A stretch of 64,000 nucleotides of DNA from a virus: the IMG/VR virus record IMGVR_UViG_3300045125_000169, positions 24,840 through 88,839 of that record, one strand, 5' to 3'. Positions 52,886 through 64,000 of this stretch are shown here, in pieces; within the stretch, counting starts at the first letter, position 1; every line of letters starts with the position of its first letter. The translations under genes were made by a program, and so were the position numbers. Under the pieces are notes generated by a model, which worked only from the letters and a program-made list of their open reading frames with translations, made no database searches and was not told the DNA's origin.

Positions 52886-53246
52886 CAGTCTGCTCTAGCT
52901 TCTTACCCTCATAGCTCGCGTATGACCCCGGTAGTTTGAATCTCACAAACGTATAGCCGACCTTCGTTTCACCTTGTTCATCTTGAGACGGTTGCATCAA
53001 GAGACAAGCCTGTTCGCGCACGTTTTCCGAGAGTTCTTCGGAGTTGGCAACAATCTTAAGCTCACCGTTTTCCTGCTCCAAGATGCGCTCGTTGCGCAGG
53101 AAAATCGCCATTTCGATTTCGCACGTCTCGGTGTCGAAGTAAGTGACGTAGGGAATCACTTGACCTGTGCAGTCATGGACTTTGTATTTAAAAGAGTCTG
53201 GGCTATTGCGGCTGATAATCACAGTAATACCTCTTTGAGAGTTCAA
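52872..53246 (-). CDS. hypothetical protein
   Basis: 124-aa ORF. Confidence 0.6.
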   Translation of the reverse strand: MNSQRGITVIISRNSPDSFKYKVHDCTGQVIPYVTYFDTETCEIEMAIFLRNERILEQENGELKIVANSEELSENVREQACLLMQPSQDEQGETKVGYTFVRFKLPGSYASYEGKKLEQTVATH

Positions 53247-53475
53247 TCATCGAGTTTGATATGTGGGAATAATTCCACCATAACATCATTCATGATGGCC
53301 GCAAGTATTTCTGCGGCCCCAATGTCTGGATATTTGCTATCGTAATGTCTTACGGTTTGAACCAAGTTTGTGGCGGTTTGTTGAAACTTGGTTTCTCTTT
53401 AAGAAGTTCAAGAATATTGAACTCCTCGTCCTCAAGTTCTTTTGCGACAATTTTCACGCGCTCAAGAAAACCCAT
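53247..53475 (-). CDS. small hypothetical protein (one indel), missing from the track
   Basis: MGFLERVKIVAKELEDEE after a GAGGAGG RBS; the second frame ends FPHIKLDD*. Confidence 0.5.
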
Positions 53476-53485
53476 AGATGCCTCC

Positions 53486-54949
53486 TCAAAAATTCACAAC
53501 GATTCGGTAAGTGAGTAGCATCCGGTCATTTTTGCTTTGTAAGGGAAAGTGAGCGTGAGCAAAAAGAAACTTGCGTTTCACACCCGTGTGCAGAGTGTGC
53601 TCACCCGTGTTTTCTATAGAATCTGTGATCGTCAAAGAGTCTTCGCCTAGCACCGCAGCGATTTCAAAAAGGTCGAGGGTGGGATTTTTGACGTAATAGG
53701 TTTGACCCGCGTTCACCCCTTGAGGAAGAGAGCCCGTGGTCGAAAAGGTGACACTCTGCCCCTCGACGAGCCCATGATTGTGGACGTGGAACTGCAAAAC
53801 TTCACCGTCCCCTTCGAGAATTTCGAGGACCAAAAACTCACCTAACTCTGGCTTGAAGTTGCTTTCGACGACTTCGGCCCAAATACCAAGCTCGCCATAG
53901 CCGTTGACGCCGACGTTTCCATCGGGAACTCGGCAGACAAAGGAAACCGCACTCGTCGTTGGGGTTTCAATCTTCCCATCCGGGAGAGTGAAAGACGCAA
54001 GACTTGGAGGCAAGGGGTAGGCTGGGTCCGTCAAAAAGGTGCTCACACCCCCTGTTGCGGCTTCGAGCAACGTGAGATTTGGAGTCGGAGAGGCCGGGTT
54101 TGGTTCCAAGTCCCAAACGAAAATCGGCAAGGCGTTGCTGATCGCCCCTGTGATAAAAGTCGAGATGATGATCTTAGTAGGATCTTCTGCGTCCAGTTCC
54201 AGCCGTGACCAAACGGTACACCCGAGGGTCTCGGGAGTCACGGATCGCATCGACGATATTTTGCGCGGTCACTTCTTTCGTTTCCGCAGGCACCCAATGG
54301 ACGTTGACCGCAAAGAAGAGGCCGTTGATAACAATCGCGTCTCCTGGCTCGAAGTCCAGTCCGGTGACTTGCACCACGGCTTTGGCTTCGGTTGCGTGAT
54401 CCTCAAACGTGAGCACTTTAACCGGATTGGCCCCGATTGACCAAGACCACCAGAAAGTCGGGGACCACCGAGATCCAACCAAGACCCTTCGGCGCTGAGG
54501 GCAATAAAGTTGCCAATGCCACCTTTGACTCGACACTCGACGGTAATAATCGTCCCCTCACGGGTTGCTAAAAAATACTGCCCGAGGATGCTATTGATGT
54601 TGATCGCCGCTTTGAGGTTCTCTGCGGTGTCCTCAAGTGTGGCACCAATATCGAATTGCGTCGTGCCGTTGGCCCCAGAAAGAAGGGCCGTAATAACAGC
54701 ACCACCGATATTGACCGTGTTGCCTGCTGCCGGAAAATCCACCACTTCCAAAGTCTGTTTGGCCGCTTTCGCGGAGGTGAACTCATCTTGATATCCACCA
54801 CGTCCTAGCTGCCAACCGAGGTGCTTATAAACGACATCACCCGTCTTGACGCGAGCAAGGATCGATCTCGCCTCTGCGGTTAGCTGGGCTACAACTGTAT
54901 CGGTGGGTCTAAAAAAGGCATAAGGGTGATTCTTTCCTAAAAATAACAA
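53486..54949 (-). CDS. baseplate/tail-fibre attachment-like protein (split by indels)
   Basis: GYGELGIWAE and C-terminal AHAHFPLQSKNDRMLLTYRIVVNF, typical of phage baseplate/fibre proteins. Confidence 0.55.
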
Positions 54950-55076
54950 AGAACAACAGGCTTACCGACACCAGAACCGTTTGCAACGGGCGTATTGGTC
55001 GCAGCGTTCCAGGTGCCCTGATAGGTGAGAACTCCGGTTCGTCTCCCAAATTTTTCGACAAAAGCCATGTTGTAAC

Positions 55077-56075
55077 CTATCTGACGTAGGATTGTTCTCG
55101 TTTAATCTCGTGGACGGCCTCTTGTAGTGATACATCTTCAAATTCTGAACGAAGTATGGCCTCGATACAATAGTCCGGTGTGAAACCCTGGCCTCGAAAG
55201 CACTCTTTTTGACCGTCCTGCAAAGGAATCCCAGACACATATTCGACAAGCTCAAACACCTCTTCATCCGTAGGCGGGTCCACCTTAATAATCCTGTTGA
55301 ATCTACCAGGACGACTGGTCAACTGAGGCCCAAGCATAGTCAAAAAGTTGGTAGTCGTAATAATCAAAGTCGGAACTCGAAAAAGAGTTTGATTTCCATC
55401 CAGGAAATTTAAACAAGACGGATTATAAATGCTCGCTCCTGAATTATCTTTGCGCCCAAAATCTTCGATAACAAGAATAATACGCTCGACTTCAGGCGCA
55501 TATTCTTGAGAAAAAACATATGTTAGGAAAGAAAAGTCGATGTCACCATTTGTTTGCAGGATCGGTAGTGCTTTTTTGTTTCATGGCTTTTTTGCAGAAG
55601 TTGCGAATGAGGGCACTTTTTCCCATACCTGGATCAGAGTGCAAGAGATACGAGCGTTTATTTTTTTTAAACTTTAGAATGATATCTTTCTTCTGCAAAA
55701 AAAGATTGAAGGTTTTTTGCAGATTTTTTGAGGTCTCCGTCTCGAAGTAAATTTCCTCTTGAGACTTAAGCGCAACCCATCCGTACTCTTTGTGGAACTC
55801 AAACATTCCTGGCCGAATCTGCCATTTATGTTCCCATTCGAGGCGCTCTTGTTTTTCTTTTTCTAAAAGACTGGCGAGATCCTGGTCTTCTTCAGTCTTG
55901 ACCTCTTGTGAGGCTTTGCGTCCTCTTTTTTGATTGGCTCATTTTTATAAGAGACGATGAGAGGAACACCGTCCTTGCTCGTAGGTGGTAAAATCGTGAA
56001 GCCGCTTCCCAGAACAAAGCTCGACCCAGGTTTTGCCTCAATCGTTTTTTCGATCACGATCTTACTCGCCGCCAT
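55077..56075 (-). CDS. AAA+ ATPase (split by indels)
   Basis: HSDPGMGKS (Walker A), LVIEDFG (Walker B), LNFLDG, ITTTN (sensor 1), RPGRF (Arg finger); 5' extent uncertain. Confidence 0.8.
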
Positions 56076-56101
56076 ACGTCACCTCAAAAAGTATCTTGGG
56101 A

Positions 56102-56991
56102 TTATATTTTAATTATATAATACACACCTTTGTTGTGAGGTCTAGTTTCGGTGTCACCAGCCCCCAGAGACGTTGTGGGAGTGACGCTATGGGTGTGATC
56201 GGTGGCTGTATTATTGATAGAAACCGACGTGCTGACAGACACCGTATGGGAGTGATTGCCTAAAGCATAGTCGGTATAAGATCCTGTCCAATACACTCCA
56301 GGACCATCGGCAAGTGCATTCTGACCCGTTGCATGAGTAAAGTTGAGGTCATCTTTATCGCCCATGGGAATTTGGTGATTGTGGCTGAGATTGGTGTCGC
56401 CTGAGCTACCACTACCACCCTGGTTGACACCATGGCTATGACTCTGGCTTTGGCCTGCCGATGTCACTGGTGAATTGGTCAACGCCAAACTATTTTTGGC
56501 CGTTTTATGCGTTTGCCACCCACCAAGCGTCACAGCATCTCCGGCCCAAGGCGTCCCCACCCCCCTTAGAAATGAACCCCTATAGTCTGGTACTCTAAAA
56601 TTGCCCGTGGTTGGATTTGCCCATCGGTTACCTGTGGTTGGGTTAATTTGAAGATCGTAAATAGAAACGATGCAAGAAAGATTGTTACCGATAGTGGCTG
56701 GGAATTGGTTCGTAGTAAAGCTCGTCGCAGAATTGATAGCAGTAATATAGGTGCCATTGGCAAACGGAGAATATAAGTGCCGCTCCGACAACCAAGTTGG
56801 CTGTACTTGTCGTTGTTACTAGGGTGGAGGCCGAGGTTGACACAGTAATTGTCAAACCAAAAATGGACCACAAGCCTGAGTATGTCAGTTCGGCTATACT
56901 CTGCCCCATCACATAGAAGCCATCCTGTCGGAGCTTGGAGTCCTGAATAAGGCAGGATGACGCCTGAGGGGCAGATGGATAAAATAGCCAT
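56102..56991 (-). CDS. phage tail-collar domain fibre protein (indels)
   Basis: PSGVILPYSG..APTGWLLCDG, FRVPDYRGSFLRG, ETRPHNKGVYYIIKI. Confidence 0.9.
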
Positions 56992-59900
56992 TAGAACATC
57001 TCCCAGTTGGACCCATTGCTCACAACACCGATGACTTCGTTCCGTGCAAGCGTCAGACTCGTCACATCATCAATCGTTTGACTCGAAGTGGTTGCGATGC
57101 GCAAAAGAGCACTACCCGTCAATCTGCTCTTCAGATAATAGACCGTTCCTGAGAAACCAACTGCCGTAGGTAACGTCAGAGTAAGGCCCACGGCTCCGGT
57201 TCCCGTAACAAAATAGTCACTGGCCACCAAGGTGTAACTGGTCGATACCGATTTGTAAGAAAAGGTGCTCGGTGGGCTAGTGTATCCTGTTAGCAACCAA
57301 CGACCAATGCCCGCGTTGTAGTGAACCAAGACGCTTGCTTTTGGTCTCAGCAGGAAGCGACCGCCATCTGGTGTATTAAAGCGCAAAGTAGAAGTTGTTA
57401 AGGAACTTTCATGCAAAATCGAAACATCGTTCGCGGTTTCATTCACGAGGATGAAGATTCGCCCATCATTTGCGACGTTGATTCCTGTAACCGTTGTCCC
57501 AGACTGAATCCGAAGGATAGGATATCCGTACAAGGTCGTAAGGGTGTTGCTCGTACCATCGATGGTAGCAACCTCAGTCAACACATCCATTTTTGAAGAT
57601 TGTTGATCTGGCCGTTTTCCAAAGCGGCATTATCGATCTGGGTCGCGTTGATTGTACCGTTGAAGAACGACGGACCCTCGACGACTAGGCTGTTTCCACT
57701 GAACAGCGTCAGGTAGTCTTTGGCAGCTTGCCCTGTAGTTAAAGTTCCACCGATGTATGTCAGACCCGTATCGGTGATCGTCAACCTGTTATAAGATTGC
57801 TTTTTATCGCGGATGGCGAGACATCCCGCTTCAGTGTATATATCCCAATAACCCGTGTTGGTCGTAATCGTCGAGTTCCACGTTTGCAATTCTAACGCTG
57901 CGGCAGAGGACGTGGTGGTGTTGGCGATTTTGAGGACACCCACGCTATCGACGATATTTAAGGAACGGTAGGCATCAACTCCATCGAGAGACGTCGATTT
58001 GACTACGTTCGACACGTTGGTATTCAGGATTTGATCGCCAAGTGTTGCCTTACCGTTGACGTTCAGTTCCGATGTGAGAGTCAGGGTTCCGATGCCGACT
58101 TTTCCGGTCGTACCAACCACAAAAGGGCTAGAGTCTGGGCTTTGGTCCTCCACTAAAAGGGCATGGCCAAGACCTGTTTGAGTTACAGTCAAAGCTGGGG
58201 AACTTGGAGTTCAAGCTGACCGTTTGCGGTGCGCTAAAGGTCTTGCTGCCTGTAATCGTCTGGGCAGCATTGTGTCGTGAGCACTTCGCTTTCGCTGCCG
58301 TTCGGTCCCACCTTAAACCTAGAAGCCAAGGAGCTATCGTACAAAACTCTAGCTAGGGAAGAAGCTCCGGTTCCCTCAATGGTAAGACCAGAACCTTCTG
58401 CGGTGACACTTGTTCCACCTTTATTCAAGGTGATATTGGTGTCTTTAACATCGAGCGTCGTCGAATTAACGGTTGCTGTTGTCCCCTGAACCGTGAAGTC
58501 ACCACGGACCACAAGGTTATTATTGACCGTAGTTGTCCCTGCGGTAGTGTTGGCCGAACCGATGTTGACATCGGTGGTAGACCCAAAAACACCGTTTGTT
58601 CCGATATTGATCGTCTTGGTCGAACTTGCCGCAGTAGGGCCTGTTGCAAAGTTATAGATCCCGGAACTGGTTGCAGTGCCTGCAATCGTGATAGCGGTGG
58701 ACGAACTAAAAACACTGCTGCTCACGGCAGTGGTGGTAATATCACCAGGAGTTGACCGCTAGGGTTCCAACGAGCGTGGTGTTGCCTGTCGAGCCTTGCA
58801 CGACAAAACGACTACTTCCGACTGTCAAATCGGTGTTGACCTTGAGGCTATCGTCCACAACTGTGTAGTTTTGAAGGGTGGTTGTGCCACTATTCAGGGA
58901 ACCAATCACAATATTTGTTGTCGAATTATTCGCACCATTCGTACCGATGTTGACCACTTTGGTCGCACCAGAAGCCGTGGTTCCGGTGGCGATGTCCACA
59001 CGGCTATTGCCCGTCAAGGCGTCAGCAATATAGACATTCGACACGGTACTGAAGATGTAGGCGCTTGCCCGAGACGACAAAATCGTCGCTGCGTCTAGCG
59101 TTAGGGCACCGGAAACTGAGACATCCGACCTTAGAATGGTCGGTCCTGTCACGTCGAGGAAACCCCTAACGCTTTGGTCACCTTCAACCATGACGGTGGT
59201 TGCGGAGCTTTCGAGCCAATCAGGATGTTGCTCGTGGACCCCGACGCTCCACCTGTTCCGAGGCGGACCTCTTTGACTCTCCCCGAGGCAGTGGCACCAC
59301 CAGCAATCGATAAAAACGAATCCGATGTGACGGCGTTTTCCAGCGTCAAGGATAGCACGTTAGGGAAAGATCAATCGAGCTTAACGTGGTGGTAATCCCA
59401 CCGTTGGCCGCTAAAGAGCCTGTGACAACCGTATCGCCCGTTGCGCTATCAACAGTGAACTTGTCCGCGACATTGAATGAGCCGTTGACCTTAAGAGCAC
59501 CAAAGGCAGACACTGCGCTTTGGAGATTGATCGATCCAAAAGCTCCGATATTCACTCGCGTTGTAGAACCGGAAACCCCATTGGTGCCGATGTTGACAGT
59601 TTTCGTCGCACCCGAAACTGTTGCTCCGTGAGCAACATTCATCGAGGCTATTTTGCGTGGAAGCCCCGAAAGAGATCGACTGCGGTGAGGCGAAAAGAAC
59701 CGCACTGGTTGCGGTCGATGTGATGCTACCGCTTGTCACTAGAAGCGAATCAACCGTTGTGTTACCCGAAGGGGTATCGACCGCAAATTTACTACCAACA
59801 GCCAAGTTGCCTGCAACGGACAGGGTTTTATCAACGCTCGTTGCATTCAAAAGCCGCGTGGTGCCGCTTTCGGACGAGCCGATGTTGACGTTGGTGATAG

Positions 59901-62900
59901 AATTAGGTCCACCATTTGTAGCGATATTCACCGTCTTCGTAGACCCGCTTCCCGTATTTCCGATCGCCAAATTATAAGCGGTCGTCAAAGAACTTGAACC
60001 GACTGTCAGAGACGAGACGTCATTGAAGACAGAGGCACTGACTGCCGTTGTCGAGATTCTTCCATCCCCGACCCATAAGGTCTGAGCGACGTTGACATTA
60101 CCTTTGACCGCAAGCATAAAGTTCGGATCGATCTCAGAGGCTGCGGCAGCAATCGTGGTCGAAGTCGTCGAACCGATCAAAAACCTGCCGCTTTCATCGA
60201 TGACAAGTCGGTTTCTTGTTCCTTGGATACGATCGCGAACGACCAAGCGACCACTATCCGCAATCACGTCCCAAAAGGTGATGTTGCTTGTGAGAGTTTC
60301 ATTCCATTGTTGTAAGTCAACACTGGCACCTGTACTCGAATTAACGCGCAGAATCTTAAATTGACCCGCAGTATCCACAATATTAATCGTGCGAAATGCT
60401 TTTAGGCCCGAGGCGATTGAGAGATCAAGAGCATTACTGAGAGCAGTGTTGAAAATTTGGTCGCCAACCAAAAGTTTGCCCCCAACCCTTAAGGCAGGGG
60501 TGTTCGTACTTCCATCGCCTTTAATATAAGCTGTTCCACCGATAAAAGTGTTGCCCGTGGGCACATCGACACTAAAGACCGTGCCGACAATAAGGTCGTC
60601 ATTGACTTTGAGAATGTCATCAACGACCGTATAATTTTGCAGCGTGGTCGTGCCGCTATTCGTTGAACCGATCTTAATATTGGTAGTCGAACCAGGAAGA
60701 CCATTCGTGCCGATGTTGACCGTTTTGGTCGCGCCTGACGCCGTAGACCCTGTAGCAATATTGTAAAGACTGTCATCCGACGCAGCCGTTCCAAAGTTAA
60801 TGGTCGCTGGGGTGTCGAACAGAGTTCCAATACTTGCCGTGGTTGCTAAAATGCCATTATCACCAACAGTGATACTATCGCTGACTAGCAAGGTTCCATC
60901 GATGGTGACGTTGCCGTAGAGCTTGGTTTCACCAAAGAATCGGATCTCGCCTTTACCGTTGGGTCTACAACAGCATCGGTTTGCCAGGACTGAACCACAT
61001 AGACTTTTTCCGCAGGACCAGCCAACGAATAGCTGAAGTTTTCAATATGCACTCCGACAAAAGACTGGCCTCCGTCAGGGTGTAATTGAAAGGCAGGAAA
61101 AGTCCCGTCGCCTACCAAGCGCGTCTCATAGCCTGTCCCAAATAACTGGACGTTTGCAGGCACGGTCACAGGTTGTCGAAACGTCCAGGTGCCTTTTCCG
61201 AGATAGACGGTCGCTAGGTGATTATCGCGGCTGATGGCATCAAGAGCCGCCTGGATGGATGCTTCATTCCCGCCCGTATAGTCGGCACGAGAAGGTGCCA
61301 CCGACACAGTGAACGCAGTGCGGCCTTCGGCTTCTGCGCTATCGAAAACGCGGTTGCCAATCGCTCGTTCGCCAAAGGCATAACGGTTAGCTGTTTCAAA
61401 ACGGTTGCCAATAAATGTGTTGTAAGAACCGTTGACCTGAATCGCTACACCCGTGACAGGCACTCCACCAGAGAAGCGGAAGCCTTGGACCAAGCATCGA
61501 CTACCATCAATTCTTAAAATCGGTGAAACAGGAGTGCTGCCATCAAGACCCTTGATAATAGTGTCTGAGCCAGAACCCCAGGCTGTAATCTCCACATCAT
61601 TTTTAGATGCTGGGATGATAAAGGGATCATAAACCCCAGGCATGACCATGATCTTAGCACCAGACACAAAGTCGTAAACGATGGTGCTTTCATCGACGAA
61701 AACTTGACCGTCAAGGCGTGTAATAATCACGCTACTACGGTCCAAAACTTCCGTAATCAGGAAGGAACCAATATTCGAGGCATTTCCTGCCGACGAGATG
61801 TTGATGTTGCGGTAAAGATCGTCTTCCGTAAAGTTAAAAGGCAACCCTGAAATCAACGTGTGGGTTCCGGTTCCTAGATCGTTCAGATAGATCGGGGTGC
61901 CGTTAGCCGCAGTCGAGACTTGGAAGGTATTGGCGGTGACGTTGATAATGTAATACCGCACGACCACCGGGCCAAGCGGGGATGCCTCCAACGGGTTTGG
62001 TAGAAAGCCCGTCGTGATAAAAGTCACAGGTTCGTTCGCGGCAAGACCGTGAGCACTGAGGTTAAACGTCGAGCCCGTCGCGTTGTTACCTTGGGTGATG
62101 TTGGCCCCAGTAAAAGAGATCGACCTCGGTGCCGTGAATTTCGCCAAAGCACCAGAAGCCCCACTGATCTTTCCTGGCCAAGTCTGGACTTCGGTCAAAC
62201 CACCGAGTCCATCAGCCACACCCTTGAGCGACCGGGGGTGGGTGGGAAGGGCAAGAATCGCGGCACTGATCCCTTGCGCTCCGTTGAAGTCTCCGAAGCT
62301 GCGCACACCATCGCCTACAGTCCAGGAAATTTCCCAGCAGGTGCTCCAGTGTGTGGCAAGAAGCGGTTTCGTGCCCCCGACACAACCTTGTACTTGAGGT
62401 GCGACTCGACACGCTCCGACCCGGTTTCCGGGAAATCAATATTTTCAAAATGGTTATCCGAGCCGTTGACCTTGATACCAACGGTCGTCAGACCGATGGC
62501 TTCGTTGTCGTTATTGTCGGCTTGAACAAAAAGGTTTTTAAAAGTGTTCCGGTTCCCGTCCACGTCCACACAGATCGTGTCGAGTAGAGCATTAGCGCGA
62601 ATGACAGTCTGTTGCCCTGGGGCACCTATGACCGATTTGCCACTTGACTGACACTTGATCGCGAGATACTGGCCTCGGAAAACTTGGATGATGGTGCCTT
62701 CATTTTCCTCTTGCAAAGCCACGTTGATGGCATTTTCACCGACATAATCACCCCAGCTTACCACCCCGTCACCCACGGTGACCATGGGGTTATCCGACTC
62801 AAAGCTGTTGCCCGTGGTCACGCGACCGCAGATCATCGGGTGGTAGTTGTAATGCTTGGTCGCGGCTGTAATCGGAAATTTGATCGCCGTGCGAACGTCG

Positions 62901-64000
62901 TTGCCAAACTGGACGTTGACGCCAAAGGTGTTATGCACCGCACCTGTCGAGCAAACGATACCAGTCCCTGCGTTGTCGATGAGAAGGTTATCGATTTGGT
63001 TATACGAGCCAGAGATGGTGAATCCTGTAAAATTAGTTCCACCACCGTTGATCTTGACTTTGCCACCACCGAATCCTTGCAGAACCAGATAGCTTTTGGT
63101 CCAGATCACTTTGTTATAAGTGCCTGGATAAGCGAGGATGACATCGCCTTCACTGGCAGCGTCGTGGGCCTGTTGCAAAGCGTTCGGGCTATTGAAATCC
63201 CCGAGCCAATTTGTGTTGGACCCATCCGTCACAACCCATTTGGCAACGGCTGTTTCCTCGATTTGAGGATCAACCGACTGGCCTGCCCAAACGGTGTGAG
63301 TTCCCGAACCTGTGCCATTCGTGAAGCTCACAAGACCAGATCCGCTCTTACTTGTCGCAAGGCGGAAGCTATTGGTCGCTACGCTGGCGATATAATAGGT
63401 AGTGGTGGTTGAAAGGCCGCTCGGTAAAGCGCCTGTCGAGGTGAGCTTTACTCTGGCCCCGGCTAGAAGCCCGTGACTTGCCGACGTGATGATTGAGTTA
63501 GAAAAGCTCGTGCTATCGAAGGTAACCCTTGAGGGGGAGCGAAACTTGGTCGTCACGGTGCTTTCAAAAACCGCCTTCGTCAGTCGGAAGTTGTCCGACC
63601 CTGGTTGCACATTAACAGCAACCGAGCAGTTTCTAAAGCGGGGTGCAATCGCTTGGAAGCGGTCAGCCACCACACTTAGAACAGTGCTACCTGTGTTTTG
63701 TAAGATCGCCCCAGGCGTACAATCCAACGTAATATCGTCTTTACTGACGACAAAGTTCCCTGTGTAGGTTCCTGGCAAAAGACGAATGGTATTACCAGAG
63801 GACGCATAGCTTAAAGCTCGGGTATGAGCCGTTGACCCTGTGAAATGACCATAAGATGAGCTTCCGTCCCCGCAAACAATCACGGCACCAGGGTCGCGGC
63901 CTGTGTGGTAAGGATAAAATTCCAAATGCTCCGGCTCAATCGATTCAATACCGTTTGCCGTGCTGTTGACCTTTACACCCACGGTCGCAAAAAGGTGACT
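56991..64000 (-). CDS. giant multi-module tail fibre/tailspike (>2300 aa, 5' end outside the window, about nine indels)
   Basis: Frame junctions read through (e.g. TVGDGV|RSFGDFNG, GETKLYGNVTIDG|TLLVSD); pectin-lyase-like beta-helix segments followed by six TASGATKxVNIGTNG repeats. Confidence 0.7.

Noticed and set aside
1066-63767. Long antisense or overlapping ORFs in the track (e.g. 1488..2060, 47639..48253, 62684..63412)
   Set aside because: They shadow well-supported genes on the other strand or frame and show no recognisable motifs or RBS.
363-64000. Widespread pseudogenisation or programmed frameshifting
   Set aside because: The breaks I examined are mostly 1-nt losses in homopolymer runs (nrdA A5 for A6, thyA C-runs, tnpA T-run, DHH G-run) and hit essential genes whose motifs are intact. 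This pattern fits unpolished long-read error; accurate reads would settle it.
1-64000. Stop-codon recoding (alternative genetic code)
   Set aside because: Split genes change frame rather than reading through in-frame TAG or TGA, and TAA, TAG and TGA all terminate well-recognised genes.
43639-64000. Extracellular contractile injection system on a bacterial chromosome
   Set aside because: No housekeeping context; the surrounding dense small ORFs, nrdAB, thyA and lone tRNA are phage-like. Sheath and tube genes are not visible here to test further.

Overview
This is a 64-kb segment of a large (jumbo-type) tailed bacteriophage genome. It has bacterial RBSs, one tRNA-Asn, class Ia ribonucleotide reductase (nrdA with a LAGLIDADG intein, plus nrdB), thyA, rfbB, a giant SNF2 helicase, and a ~20-kb minus-strand block of baseplate/tail-fibre-like genes (43.6-64 kb). 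There are two mobile elements: an IS1-like element with 24-bp inverted repeats and a cargo gene, and a complete IS605-type tnpA/tnpB element. The accessory region contains: (1) a candidate anti-immunity operon (Acb1-like 2H phosphoesterase, lipocalin, Tad1-like sponge, ART-fold protein, ParB/Srx protein); (2) three exported hydrolases (SGNH, GH5, alpha/beta); (3) a three-member 'GTxWC' protein family with swapped LRR-like C-termini; (4) a shared N-terminal leader on about a dozen unrelated proteins; (5) a recurring intergenic AAAA-N2-4-CCGATA motif. Many genes are broken by mostly 1-nt homopolymer indels that look like long-read errors, so merged-gene coordinates are my manual reconstructions. 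Family calls come from motif recognition only; no database searches were run.
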